Source of the DNA: an uncultured Planctomycetota bacterium
GTDB lineage: Bacteria > Planctomycetota > Phycisphaerae > Tepidisphaerales > Tepidisphaeraceae
Direction: 5' to 3'
Length of the DNA stretch: 64,000 nt
Assembly (NCBI GenBank): GCA_963841915.1
Contig: CAWJEN010000006.1
Span: 1,600,001-1,664,000, forward strand
Positions 48,070-58,333 of this stretch are shown here, piece after piece; position 1 is the stretch's first letter, and the number at the start of each line of letters is the position of its first letter. Made by a program: the position numbers and the translations under genes. Under the pieces are notes generated by a model. That model worked only from the letters and a program-made list of their open reading frames with translations. It was not told the DNA's origin and did not search any database.

Positions 48070-48579
48070 TCACCCGTACCGCTTGCCTCGGTGCTCGACG
48101 TAGCCATCCTCGTGCCAGCCCTTGGGGTCGTGGTGGGTCCAGTGAAGCGTTCCGCCTTTGAGCGTGTACTCGTACTCGCCCTTGATGATGACGGTGTCGC
48201 CCACACGCAAGGGAACGCGGTCGGCCAGATCGATGTTGTGGGCGACCAGCACCGTCACGTCGCCCGGCAGGTCGACGAGGAACCGCTGATGCCTGGAGCC
48301 TTCGTTGTCGTCTGCTAGCAGCCGCGCGACACGGCCGACGCAGGTGACGACGACGTCGCTGGTCTTGTTGGCGAGCAGATTAGCGATGCCGCCGTCGTCG
48401 TGGCGGGGCGACATGTCTCCTACATCGGCAGATTCGGTACGCGTCTCTCCAGGGGTCGAGGAAGCGGGCACCGGTGCCTGCCCGTCGTCCGTCATCTGCT
48501 CGACCACCCAAAGCCCACCTGCCACGAGTGCGATCAGCACCGTTGTCAGCACGCTCGTCTGTTTCGCACCCGTCTTCAT
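48070..48579 (-). CDS. DUF3465-family protein
   Basis: LLADDNEGSRHQRF, VAHNIDLA, GEYEY, LHWTHHDP. Confidence 0.85.
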   Translation of the reverse strand: MKTGAKQTSVLTTVLIALVAGGLWVVEQMTDDGQAPVPASSTPGETRTESADVGDMSPRHDDGGIANLLANKTSDVVVTCVGRVARLLADDNEGSRHQRFLVDLPGDVTVLVAHNIDLADRVPLRVGDTVIIKGEYEYTLKGGTLHWTHHDPKGWHEDGYVEHRGKRYG

Positions 48580-48603
48580 GCCGCTGAAGCCTAACCGATC
48601 GCA

Positions 48604-49173
48604 CTACAGCCAGGCCGACAGCTTCTGAACCTTTGGCAAGCCGACGGCACAGACATAAGGCTGCTGCGGATTGTTCAGCATGAAATCCTGGTGGTAGTCC
48701 TCTGCGACGATGAACCCATCGAGGGGCTCGATCGTCGTCACGATCGGGTCGGCAAAGACGCCGCTGTCGTCGAGCGTCTTGATGTAGCCCTCGATCGTTT
48801 GCCGCTGCGCATCGTTGGCAGGGAAGGCGGCCGAGCGGTACTGCGTGCCGCGGTCATTGCCCTGGCGGTTGAGCTGTGTCGGGTCGTGGGCGACGGCAAA
48901 AAAGATCCGCAGGATCTGGCCGAGCGAGGTCTTGCTCGTGTCGTAGACGATCCGGACGGCCTCGGCGTGGCCGGTCGCGCCGGAGCAGACGGCCTTGTAG
49001 TTGGCGGTGTCGCGGTCCCCGCCGATGTAGCCGCTGATGACGTCGGTCACACCGGGGATGCGTTCGAAGACGCCCTCGGTGCACCAGAAACAACCGCCGG
49101 CGAGAATGACATCGCCGGTGTCGTCGGTGGTCTCAGGAGCGGGCGGAAACGTCGCAGGATCAAGGTTCGGCAC
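48604..49173 (-). CDS. msrA: Peptide-methionine (S)-S-oxide reductase
   Basis: GGCFWCTE, TGHAEAV, HDPTQLNRQGNDRGTQYRS, AEDYHQ. Confidence 0.96.
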   Translation of the reverse strand: MPNLDPATFPPAPETTDDTGDVILAGGCFWCTEGVFERIPGVTDVISGYIGGDRDTANYKAVCSGATGHAEAVRIVYDTSKTSLGQILRIFFAVAHDPTQLNRQGNDRGTQYRSAAFPANDAQRQTIEGYIKTLDDSGVFADPIVTTIEPLDGFIVAEDYHQDFMLNNPQQPYVCAVGLPKVQKLSAWL

Positions 49174-49201
49174 GGCTGATGATAAGCCGGATCGGCCGGA
49201 G

Positions 49202-49783
49202 CTATCGGCGCAGGTGGAACAGAAACTCGCGGTTGCCGGCGGCGTTCTTGCCGCGGCTGCCGCGGATCGGGCTGTCGACTTCGGCTACGGCGGAGAAGCC
49301 GGCCGTTTCTATGTCGTCGCGTACCGTCTGCAGCGTGGCCGGAAGGGCGTCGTCGGGCAGGACGCCGCTCGTCTTGTGCAGGTCGAGGCCGTGCGCTTCG
49401 TAGTGCGGCTTGACGAGCGTAACGGCCTCTCCGCCGATCGCGAGCACGCGATCGAAGGTCGCAAGCAGCTTGCTCTGCCGCGTCCAGCCGGCGTCGGCGA
49501 CGGCGAGCGTGACAGGCTCGGGCAGTTCGACATGCATCGCGTTCGTCCGCTCCATCACGACGACGCGCTCGTCGTTGCGGAGTTTCCAGTCGAGCACGCC
49601 GTAGCCGGTGTCGACGGCAAAGACCTTGGCCGCCCCGCGACGGAGCAACACGTCGGTGAACCCGCCGGTGCTGCACCCAAGGTCGCAGCAGACACGACCG
49701 CTCGGATCGACGCCGAATGCGTCCAGCGCCGCCGCCAGCTTCAGGCCGCCACGGGAGACGTAGGGCTTTGCGCTCTCGCTCAC
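49202..49783 (-). CDS. TlyA-like rRNA methyltransferase lacking the S4 domain
   Basis: YVSRGGLKL, DLGCSTGGFTD, VFAVDTG, LVKPHYE, GNREF. Confidence 0.85.
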   Translation of the reverse strand: MSESAKPYVSRGGLKLAAALDAFGVDPSGRVCCDLGCSTGGFTDVLLRRGAAKVFAVDTGYGVLDWKLRNDERVVVMERTNAMHVELPEPVTLAVADAGWTRQSKLLATFDRVLAIGGEAVTLVKPHYEAHGLDLHKTSGVLPDDALPATLQTVRDDIETAGFSAVAEVDSPIRGSRGKNAAGNREFLFHLRR

Positions 49784-49789
49784 GACAAG

Positions 49790-50338
49790 CTACTTCGGGA
49801 CCGGGATCACGACGCGCGTCGTCGGGCGTATCTCAGGTCGGGTCATCGGCTGGACATCGACGACAGGTTCGACCGCGGAGGCGGGCTCGACAGCAGTGGG
49901 ACGCGTCGCCGGAAGGTAGACCGTCACAGTCTCGCGCTCCGCCTCGGGCAGCGGCGGGGCGGCGTGGTAGCTTGGAGGCACGAACGATGCCCGCGACGTC
50001 TGAGTCGACCAGGGCGGCGTCTGGAACATCCGCACCGGCAGCAGGGCGGCGTTGCCCAAGAAGACAAATCCGTCGATAAACCGGGCGGCGTTGCGGGACC
50101 GCTCGGGCCGGGTCGAATCGGGATTGCCGACGTATTCGTTGCTGAAGTAGCTCGGCCCGGCCTCGACGCCACCACCGAGATACGCCGCCTCCGTCCGCGG
50201 CCAATTTCGGGCGGTCATCGCCTCGTCGTAGGCGACCGGCTTGTCCACGACCTTCGCCACGTCGGTGCGGTTTCGATTCGCACAGCCCATAAGCGACAAG
50301 GCGAGGGCGGCAACAGGCACAAGCGGAAGCAGACGCAT
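49790..50338 (-). CDS. Hypothetical lipoprotein
   Basis: Lipobox LMGC; Pro/Thr-rich C-terminus. Confidence 0.6.
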   Translation of the reverse strand: MRLLPLVPVAALALSLMGCANRNRTDVAKVVDKPVAYDEAMTARNWPRTEAAYLGGGVEAGPSYFSNEYVGNPDSTRPERSRNAARFIDGFVFLGNAALLPVRMFQTPPWSTQTSRASFVPPSYHAAPPLPEAERETVTVYLPATRPTAVEPASAVEPVVDVQPMTRPEIRPTTRVVIPVPK

Positions 50339-50457
50339 CGTCAAAGCGTAGCAGGGGACGGTCTCCGTGGCACCAATGCCGACGTGTCTTGCCACGTCGT
50401 GGACCCACCCCGTTCAATATCAGAATCAAGCCACCGAGTGGCTTGGCCGAGAAGGCA

Positions 50458-50655
50458 TCAATCAAATCGGGGCGGTAGCGGCTCGTCGTCGGCCCGCTCG
50501 CGCAGCAAGGCGTCGGCGTCGTCACGCAACCGCGTGTCCATGTCATAAGCGTCGAAATCTGACAGCTTCTCGTCCATCGGCTTGCGGCCGTCGGACTCGC
50601 AGCCGACGGCAAATAGGACGAGCACCACGATCAACGAGCGTTTTAGATGTCGCAT
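50458..50655 (-). CDS. Small hypothetical lipoprotein
   Basis: Signal peptide with AVGC lipobox; start abuts the upstream stop. Confidence 0.55.
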   Translation of the reverse strand: MRHLKRSLIVVLVLFAVGCESDGRKPMDEKLSDFDAYDMDTRLRDDADALLRERADDEPLPPRFD

Positions 50656-51611
50656 CAGTCTTTCACCTGCATGGCCAGAATCCGGGCGACGGCTTCGCAG
50701 ATTTCGCTGCGATGCTGGCCGTGCAGGGCAAGGGCCAGCTGTGTCTCCATCAGGCCATACGGAATACCCATGTCGTATCGCTGGCCCTGGACGATCTGTG
50801 CCCAGTACTTTTCGGTGTTCTGGCGGAAGTGCTCCTGGGCACTGGTGAACTGGATTTCACCTTTTTCGCGGAGATCGTTGTCGATGAGGTGTCCGATCGA
50901 ATCGAAGATGCCCGGACCGAAGACGTGGACACCGAAGTGCGTGAGGTAGTTGCCGGCCGGCAGGCCGGGCGTGACGAGCTTCTCGCGAGCCACCTCGATC
51001 TCCGGCTTTTCGATAATGAGTTCTGCCTGGAACAGACCCTTCTCAACGTCGTAGGGCTTGCCCTTGATGGTGCCGAAAAGGTGCAGGAGCTTTTCGATCG
51101 TCGGCTGTACGCCGCTGCAGGCGTCGAGGCCGTACTTCTCGAACGTCTTGATGAGTTGCAGGACGCAGCGGTCCTTCTGGTCGCTGATGTAGACGTGATC
51201 GCCCAGCAGCAGGACGAAGGGCTCGTCGCCGACGAAGTCCTTGGCCTGATAGACGGCGTGGCCGAAGCCGTCGGGAATCTCCTGCGTGACATAGGTGATG
51301 CGGTCACCGAGGCCGCCGAGGTTTTCGCTCTCGAGGATCGCCCAATCTTTGCCGCGGAAAGCGCGGGCGGTTTCGTCGTCCATGCGCTTGAAGTAGTCGC
51401 GCAGGGCGGTGTCACCGCCTGGGCTGACGACGATGCAGATTTCGTCGACGCCCGACTCGACGCATTCTTCGAGGATGAGCTGGAGCGTCGGCTTGGTCAG
51501 GCCGTCGCGATCGACGACAGTGATCATCTCCTTTTGAATGGCGGAGGTCGCTGGGTATTGACGGGTGCCGCGGCCTGCTGCGGTGATGACGGCTTTGCGA
51601 ACTCTGGGCAT
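50655..51611 (-). CDS. Sugar-phosphate nucleotidyltransferase (GalU-like)
   Basis: KAVITAAGRGTRQYPAT, KEM, GFGHAV, LLLGDH, IEKP. Confidence 0.88.
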   Translation of the reverse strand: MPRVRKAVITAAGRGTRQYPATSAIQKEMITVVDRDGLTKPTLQLILEECVESGVDEICIVVSPGGDTALRDYFKRMDDETARAFRGKDWAILESENLGGLGDRITYVTQEIPDGFGHAVYQAKDFVGDEPFVLLLGDHVYISDQKDRCVLQLIKTFEKYGLDACSGVQPTIEKLLHLFGTIKGKPYDVEKGLFQAELIIEKPEIEVAREKLVTPGLPAGNYLTHFGVHVFGPGIFDSIGHLIDNDLREKGEIQFTSAQEHFRQNTEKYWAQIVQGQRYDMGIPYGLMETQLALALHGQHRSEICEAVARILAMQVKD

Positions 51612-51680
51612 TTGCCGCGGATGGTACGGATCGTGCGGTCGATCACAAGACTGTTGACCGCGCCGTTCTAAGCTGCGGGC

Positions 51681-52817
51681 ATGACTGACCGCGTAGCCGT
51701 CGCCAAGAGTACTGCCGAGCACCTTGCCCAAGCCGGCCAGCAGGCCGCCGCCATAACCTGTCTCGTGGGATTCGACGGGTTCGTCGATGCCATTTGCGAC
51801 GTCGTCGAAACCCGCCCCAGCGGCAGCGAGTACACGCCTGTGGCCACGCTCGATCGTCTAGGCAGCAAGATCAGCGCCTCGGCAGGCCTCAGCAGCAATC
51901 TCGAAGTCGTCGTCAAGCAACGCAAGCTCGGCGGCAACGGGCCCATCTTCGCCAACGCCCTCGCCAGCTTCGGCCTCGACGTCACCTACGTCGGCAACCT
52001 CGGCTACCCCGACATCGACCCCGTCTTTGCCGACTTCGGCAGGCAGGCCGACCTTCGCTCCATCGCCAACCCCGGCTACACCGACGCACTCGAATTCACC
52101 GACGGCAAGCTCATGCTCGGCAAGCACGACAGCCTGGGCGAAGTCACGTTCGAGAACATTCAACAACGACTCGGCGTCGAAACGTTCGAGCGCCTGCTCG
52201 ACCGCTCGAAACTCGTGGCGATGGTCAACTGGACGATGCTGTCGGGCATGAGCCGTATCTGGGCCAAGCTCATCGGTGACGTCTTTGACCAGCTGCCGAC
52301 GTGGAAGAAGGATGGCAGGCGGCCGCACATCTTCATCGATCTGGCCGACCCGGAGAAGCGGACGCGTGACGACCTCAGCTACGCGGTGAAGCTGCTGAGC
52401 AGAATGCAGCCGTTCGCCGATGTGACGCTGGGGCTGAATGCCCGTGAAGGCGAACAAGTCGCGGCCGTGCTGGGTGTGGCCGAGAAGGCGACGCCGGAGG
52501 AACACGCCGTCGCCATTCGCAAGGCGCTGGATCTGCATTGTGTGGTCGTCCACCCGCGCAGCGGTGCCAGTGCCGCGACGGCAGAAGGGTCGGCGAGCTT
52601 CGAGGGTCCTTTCGTGCAACACCCCAAGATCAGCACCGGCGCCGGCGACCACTTCAACGCCGGCTTCATGCTCGGCCGCACGCTCGGCCTCGACCTGGCG
52701 CAGAGTCTGTGCTGCGGCGTCGGCACGAGCGGCTACTACGTCCGCAGCGGCGACTCGCCGACACTTTCGAAGCTTGCCGGATTCATCGGTGATCTGCCCG
52801 CTCCCGAAGGTGCTTAG
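51681..52817 (+). CDS. PfkB-family carbohydrate kinase-like protein
   Basis: KLGGNGPI, ISTGAGDHFNAGF. Confidence 0.8.
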   Translation: MTDRVAVAKSTAEHLAQAGQQAAAITCLVGFDGFVDAICDVVETRPSGSEYTPVATLDRLGSKISASAGLSSNLEVVVKQRKLGGNGPIFANALASFGLDVTYVGNLGYPDIDPVFADFGRQADLRSIANPGYTDALEFTDGKLMLGKHDSLGEVTFENIQQRLGVETFERLLDRSKLVAMVNWTMLSGMSRIWAKLIGDVFDQLPTWKKDGRRPHIFIDLADPEKRTRDDLSYAVKLLSRMQPFADVTLGLNAREGEQVAAVLGVAEKATPEEHAVAIRKALDLHCVVVHPRSGASAATAEGSASFEGPFVQHPKISTGAGDHFNAGFMLGRTLGLDLAQSLCCGVGTSGYYVRSGDSPTLSKLAGFIGDLPAPEGA

Positions 52818-52837
52818 GTGAGCGCTAAGCTTGACAC

Positions 52838-54008
52838 ATGCCTGCCGACTTGAAGACGATTTTGACGCAGGCGACTCAGCTCCGACGCCGGCTGCATCAG
52901 ATTCCGGAGCTGGGCTACGGCGAGAACGACACGGCCGCACTCATTCGTGAAGAACTCGATCGCCTCGGGATTCCGTACATCGCCGGGCCCCGAAGACGCG
53001 CCGACGGCGACCGTTGCCGTCGTGGGCGATACGAGCAAGCCGTGCGTGATGCTTCGGGCCGACATCGACGCGTTGCCGATCACGGAGCACACCGGCGCCC
53101 CGCACGCCAGTACACGGCCGGGGTCCATGCACGCGTGCGGACACGACGGCCACACCGCGAATCTTCTCGCCGTCGCGGCGGCCTTGCTGGAAGAAGGCGA
53201 TCTGCCCAACTGCGTCAAGCTCGTCTGGCAGCCGGCTGAAGAGGGCGGCGGCGGCGGCAAAAAGCTGTGCGACGCCGGTGTGCTCGACAACGGAGTTTTT
53301 GGCCCGGAAGTCGATGTCGCCTTCGGCCTTCACGGCTGGCCGATGCTGCCGGTTGGCGTCGTGAGCACGCGCCCCGGGCCGTTGCTGGCAGCAACCGACA
53401 CCTTCGAAGCGCGCATCACCGGCCGAGGCGGACACGCTGCGTTCCCGCACTTCACGCGTGACCCGATCACGGTCGCTGCCGGAGCGGTGGGCGATTTGCA
53501 GCACTTTGTCAGCCGCGAAGTCGACCCGACCGACTCTGCCGTCTTGAGCGTGACCCGTTTCCACGCTGGTACGGCCAACAACGTCATTCCCGACGAAGCG
53601 ATCATCGGCGGAACCTGTCGGACGCTTGTGCCCGAGACACGCAAGGCTGCCCGCGAGGCCGTCGAGCGGCGGCTGCGCGGCTTGTGCGACGCCGGCCGGT
53701 GCGACTTGTCGTTCACGTGGAACGACGGCTATCCACCGACCGTCAATGATCCGCAGATGGCTGCGTTGGTCAAAGAGGTTGCCGGTGACGCATTTATTGC
53801 CGCCGACCGGCCGGCCATGGGTGGCGAGGACTTCGCCTATTATCTCGAGCGCGTCCCTGGCTGCTTCTTCATGATCGGACTTTGCCCAAAGGGTCGAGAG
53901 TCCTACCCGTCGCTGCACACCGACCGCTTCGACTTCGTCGACGACGCCTTGGCCACCGGCGTCAACATGATGCTCGGCCTCGTTCGGGCGTTTCGCCCCA
54001 ACGTGTGA
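52838..54008 (+). pseudogene. M20D amidohydrolase, frameshifted near 52985-52991 (possibly a sequencing error)
   Basis: [14 protein letters not shown] in ORF 52838; [29 protein letters not shown] and EDFAYY in ORF 52947; shift at GGGCCCC. Confidence 0.8.
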
Positions 54009-54029
54009 CAAGCCTAATCACCTGAATGT

Positions 54030-56396
54030 TTAGCCCGCGGCGGCGACCGTTTGACCGGCGGCGGGAATCCCAGGGGCAGGCGTCGGGACGCTGGCAGACT
54101 TGTCACCGGGGTACTGAATGCGGCCGTGGTAGATGCCGACAAGCGACTTGATGATGCTGCGACGCACACGATCCAGTTCGCCGATCGTGATCGGGCAGTC
54201 GGCGAATTGGCCGTCGAGCAAACGCTTTTGCGCAAGGTCGTTCACGCGCGACTCCAATCGTGTCGGCGTCGGATCGGGCATGGCCCGGCAAGCACTTTCA
54301 CACGCGTCGGCCAGCATAATGATCGCCGTCTCGCGCGATCGAGGCTTGGGGCCGGGGTAGCGGTAGTCGCCCTCGGCTACAGGTGCGTTGGCCCCGAGTT
54401 GTTCGCTTTGGCGGTCGCAGGCTTCGCGGTAGAAGTACTCGACGAGCGTCGTCCCGTGGTGCTCTTCGATGAACGGCTGGAACGACCGTGGCAATCCCCA
54501 TTCGCGGGCCATCGCAACGCCGTCTTTGACGTGGCCGATGATGACCAGCAGCGACATGCTCGGGTTGAGCAACAGGTGCGGATTGGGCATGTCGCCCGTC
54601 TCGCGACTTCGCTGGTTCTCGATGAAGTAGTCGGGTTTTCGCAGTTTTCCGACGTCGTGGTAGTAGCAGGCGACGCGGCACAGCAGGCTGTCGGCCCCAA
54701 TGGCTTTGGCGGCCGCTTCGCTGATGGTGGCGACCTGAAGCGAGTGGTTGTACGTGCCGGGCGCTTCGATGGCCAAACGGCGGAGCAGCGGGTGGTCGAG
54801 ATACTCCAGCAGCGTCAGGCCGGTCGTGATACGGAAGGTCTTTTCGATGAACGGCAGGGCACACAGCACGAGCCCACCGGCGGCAAAGCCGCTGAGGGCG
54901 GCCCAGGCGGCACCGCTGAAAACGAGACCGACCGGCCGCATCGCGAGCAATCCGGCCACCACCGCCGCCGTGGCAGCCGCAGCACCGACGAGTCCGCCGA
55001 CCTCGATCAGGCGGCTTCGCGAGCGCACTTCATCGAGCAGGAAGCACGCCGGTAACACGCCACTGAAGGCGACGAAAAAGAAGCCGATCCCTTCGCCCAA
55101 CGCCAGCGTCACGAGCAGACTGAGAATGCCGCCCACGCCCAGGGCAAAGCGACCGTCGTACGCGACGCACAGCGTCATGACCGTCAGCAAGATCGGCCCG
55201 ATGCCGAGCAGGACGAGGTTGCCGGTCCCGAGCGCCGCCAATTGCGAGACGAGCATCGCCGCCAGGAGCAGCCCGGCCAATCCTGCCGCCCGGACAGGAT
55301 TAGCGACGATCTTGGGCCGAAACCGGACGACGTAGAGCGACAAAGCAGCCGTCAGGAACACCGCCACGCCACCGAGTCCGGCCCGCTCCGCCCAGACGCT
55401 TCGGCCTAGTGTGTCGCGGTAGGCGCCGTTCTCGGCTCTCAGCAGCTTCCAGTCGGCTTCGTCGACCTTGTTCCAAGCGGGCAGCAGGCGTTGGCCCACG
55501 CGGTAGATGACCTCGCCCGCACTCTCGGGCACGCGATCGGCGGCGGCGGTGCGTAGACGTGCGGTCGCCGCCTGATCGGGCACGACCGTCGGCCCGATTG
55601 CGACGCTCGTGTATCTGACAATCTTGGGGAAAATGACCTCGCCGAACGCGTCATAAGCGGCGGCCGAGACGCGACGGCTGATCTCTTCGCTCGTGGCCGT
55701 CTGCTCGGCGTCGGCTAGCTCGGCCGGCGCGATCATGCGCCCGCCCGGGACAATCTTGCGGCCGTCGGCGAGCTGGATCGTCGCCCCCGGCACCTCGTCG
55801 CGCGACGCCTCGGCAGGCAGCAGCACGAGGCCAAGCGACCGCACTGACTTCGTGTACCGCTCGACGGCAGCGGGCCAGGTCGCGTCTTCTTCCTCGGCGA
55901 TCGACTGCAGTCGGGCCAGGGCGGCACCGTCACCGGGCCCGAGCACGCGGGCGAGGCCGGTCTCGCTGCCGGCGTCGGAGAGTTGGTCCGGCCGAAGGCC
56001 TGTCAGCCGACGCGGCGACGAGAGCAGCTCGTCGCGAAGCTGGTCGAACGGGTCAACCTCGGCAGCCATGTAGATGCGTGGCTGGGCGTCGGAGGCTTCC
56101 TGACGGGCGCGGTCGAGCTTCCGGTCGTCGGCGACGGCAAAGTCGACGCGGCTGAAGATCGGTGCCGGCGTCACGTCGCCCGGCCGATAGGCCACCACCC
56201 GCGGTCGCAGCATCAGGATCGACGCGACGATGAACGCAAAGACGATGGCGACCAGCAGCGTCAGCGACCGTCGATCGCTGCCGAGCGCACCGAAGCCGTC
56301 GGAGACGGTGCGGACGACGGAGGGTTTTTGCTGGCGCACCTCGCCGCGAATCTCGTTGCGGCGGGCGCGTGCCTTTTTGGGCTCGAAGAGCGTCAT
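54030..56396 (-). CDS. 7TM-HD phosphohydrolase (PgpH-like)
   Basis: Extracytoplasmic domain plus TM block; APGTYNHSL, YYHDVGK, YFIENQ, HHGT, YPGPKP, MLAD. Confidence 0.9.
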   Translation of the reverse strand: MTLFEPKKARARRNEIRGEVRQQKPSVVRTVSDGFGALGSDRRSLTLLVAIVFAFIVASILMLRPRVVAYRPGDVTPAPIFSRVDFAVADDRKLDRARQEASDAQPRIYMAAEVDPFDQLRDELLSSPRRLTGLRPDQLSDAGSETGLARVLGPGDGAALARLQSIAEEEDATWPAAVERYTKSVRSLGLVLLPAEASRDEVPGATIQLADGRKIVPGGRMIAPAELADAEQTATSEEISRRVSAAAYDAFGEVIFPKIVRYTSVAIGPTVVPDQAATARLRTAAADRVPESAGEVIYRVGQRLLPAWNKVDEADWKLLRAENGAYRDTLGRSVWAERAGLGGVAVFLTAALSLYVVRFRPKIVANPVRAAGLAGLLLAAMLVSQLAALGTGNLVLLGIGPILLTVMTLCVAYDGRFALGVGGILSLLVTLALGEGIGFFFVAFSGVLPACFLLDEVRSRSRLIEVGGLVGAAAATAAVVAGLLAMRPVGLVFSGAAWAALSGFAAGGLVLCALPFIEKTFRITTGLTLLEYLDHPLLRRLAIEAPGTYNHSLQVATISEAAAKAIGADSLLCRVACYYHDVGKLRKPDYFIENQRSRETGDMPNPHLLLNPSMSLLVIIGHVKDGVAMAREWGLPRSFQPFIEEHHGTTLVEYFYREACDRQSEQLGANAPVAEGDYRYPGPKPRSRETAIIMLADACESACRAMPDPTPTRLESRVNDLAQKRLLDGQFADCPITIGELDRVRRSIIKSLVGIYHGRIQYPGDKSASVPTPAPGIPAAGQTVAAAG

Positions 56397-56555
56397 CGTT
56401 GGATGGACGGCGTAAGCCGCCTGGTGATGCTAGAACCGCGGGAGTCGCGGGGCAGTGTCTGATGTACGACATCACCGATTAGGTGCAACTTCCCGCGGCA
56501 GCATGACACGCCGGGCCGGCGACTCTGTAGTGTGTGCCGTTCGACTTCCTGCCGC

Positions 56556-57530
56556 ATGAACAAACGCCTCCTGACGCTTCTTATGCTCGTGCTCGCCATC
56601 ACCGGTTGCGGTGAGCCAACGGCTGTGGATCGACCCGGCCGCCAGGGCGACGAGCCTGTCAAGATCGTCGCCACCGTCGGCATGGTCGGTGACATCGCCA
56701 AGGCCGTCGCCGGTGACGAGGCCAATGTCACCGTCATTATGGGCGAAGGGACGGACCCGCACCTGTACAAGCCCGTCCGAGACGATGTCACCCACATGAA
56801 CGCGGCTGATGTCGTTTTTTACAACGGCCTGTTGCTCGAGGGCAAGATGAGTGACGTGCTGGTCAAGATGAGCCGCGGGCGGCCCGTCGTGGCTGTGACG
56901 GAGACGGTCGACGAGACGCTGCTGCTCTCGCCCGACAAATTCGCCGGGCACTACGACCCGCACGTTTGGATGGAGCCGACGGTTTGGGCGGCATGTGTGG
57001 ACGTCGTCGCAGAGACGCTGGCCGAGTACGACGCGGCCAAAGCCGACGCCTACCGCGAGCGGGCGGCGGCTTACAAGCAAGACGTCCTGGCGCTCGACGA
57101 CTACGGCAAAGACGTGCTGTCAACCCTGCCCGACGGCAGCCGAGTCATGATCACGAGTCACGACGCCTTCAACTACTTCGGCCGCGCATTTGGCCTCGAT
57201 GTAATGGGCATTCAAGGCCTCTCGACCGAGAGCGAGGCCGGTTTGCAGCGGATGAACGAGCTCGTCGACCTCATCGTCGACAAGAAGGTCAAAGCCGTCT
57301 TCATCGAGTCGAGCGTGCCGGCCAAGAGCATGGAGGCTTTGGTCAACGGGGCCAAAGACCGCGGCCACGACGTCGTCATCGGCGGCACGCTCTACAGCGA
57401 CGCCATGGGCTCGGCAGGCACCTACGAAGGCACCTACATCGGCATGATCGACCACAACATCACCACCGTCGCTCGAGCCCTCGGCGGCGAAGCGCCGGCC
57501 GGTGGCATGAACGGGAAGCTGGCCCAGTGA
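56556..57530 (+). CDS. Mn/Zn/Fe ABC transporter substrate-binding lipoprotein (TroA-like)
   Basis: Lipobox ITGC; DPHLY, YNGLLLE, DPHVW, SHDAFNYF, LYSDAMG. Confidence 0.93.
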   Translation: MNKRLLTLLMLVLAITGCGEPTAVDRPGRQGDEPVKIVATVGMVGDIAKAVAGDEANVTVIMGEGTDPHLYKPVRDDVTHMNAADVVFYNGLLLEGKMSDVLVKMSRGRPVVAVTETVDETLLLSPDKFAGHYDPHVWMEPTVWAACVDVVAETLAEYDAAKADAYRERAAAYKQDVLALDDYGKDVLSTLPDGSRVMITSHDAFNYFGRAFGLDVMGIQGLSTESEAGLQRMNELVDLIVDKKVKAVFIESSVPAKSMEALVNGAKDRGHDVVIGGTLYSDAMGSAGTYEGTYIGMIDHNITTVARALGGEAPAGGMNGKLAQ

Positions 57531-58333
57531 GCACCCTCGACTATCGGCGTGCCCCAGGCAGCGAGCACTCGCTCGGCTCGCCCCTGAGCATCCACGACAT
57601 GACCGTCGCCTACCACCGCAAGCCGGTGCTGTGGGACGTCGACCTCGACGTGCCCGAGGGCAAACTCATCGCCATCGTCGGGCCCAACGGCGCGGGCAAG
57701 AGCACGCTCATCAAGGCGGCACTCGACCTCATCCCGCGGGCCAGCGGCACCATCAACGTCTACGGAAAGCCGTATCGCAAGAACCGCCACCTCGTCGGTT
57801 ACGTGCCGCAACGCGAGAGCGTTGACTGGGATTTCCCGGTGAGCGCGCTCGACGTCGTGACGATGGGCCGATACGGCAAAATCGGCTGGTGCTGGCCGGT
57901 GACGAAGAAGCACAAGGAAGCCGCCCGGGACGCCTTGGATCGTGTCGGCATCGCCGATCTGGCCGACCGACAGATCAGCCAGCTTTCCGGCGGACAGCAG
58001 CAGCGAACGTTCCTGGCTCGGGCGCTCGTCCAGGAGGCCGAGCTGTATCTGATGGACGAACCGTTTGCCGCCGTCGACGCTGCGACGGAGCGGGCGATCG
58101 TGTCGATCCTCAAGGACCTGCGGGCGGCGGGTAAGACGGTGCTTGTCGTCCACCATGATTTGCAGACGGTCGAAGAATACTTCGACTACGTCATTCTGAT
58201 GAACATGCGGATCGTCGCCCACGGGCCGATCGATACCACATTCACCCGCGAAAACCTGCAGAAGACGTACGGCGGCAAGCTCACGCTGCTCAGCGACGCC
58301 GCCGAGGCGATCGGCCGGGGGACCTTGCGGTGA
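57527..58333 (+). CDS. Metal ABC transporter ATP-binding protein (TroB-like)
   Basis: GPNGAGKST, YVPQR, LSGGQQQR, MDEPF, VHHDL; GTG start overlapping the upstream stop. Confidence 0.93.
   Translation: MSTLDYRRAPGSEHSLGSPLSIHDMTVAYHRKPVLWDVDLDVPEGKLIAIVGPNGAGKSTLIKAALDLIPRASGTINVYGKPYRKNRHLVGYVPQRESVDWDFPVSALDVVTMGRYGKIGWCWPVTKKHKEAARDALDRVGIADLADRQISQLSGGQQQRTFLARALVQEAELYLMDEPFAAVDAATERAIVSILKDLRAAGKTVLVVHHDLQTVEEYFDYVILMNMRIVAHGPIDTTFTRENLQKTYGGKLTLLSDAAEAIGRGTLR

Noticed and set aside
49037..51671. Long plus-strand ORFs of 503 aa and 434 aa
   Set aside because: Antisense to clear genes (msrA, TlyA-like, GalU-like); typical high-GC shadow ORFs.
53709..53724. Fourth parS-like site TCGTTCACGTGGAACG
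   Set aside because: Left half is poor, it lies in a CDS and is isolated; likely chance.
56478..56496. Possible DtxR box upstream of the TroA-like gene
   Set aside because: Only a TTAGG half-site; no convincing palindrome.
56966..57526. N-terminal extension of the ABC ATPase ORF
   Set aside because: Alternative frame of the TroA-like gene; real start is GTG 57527.
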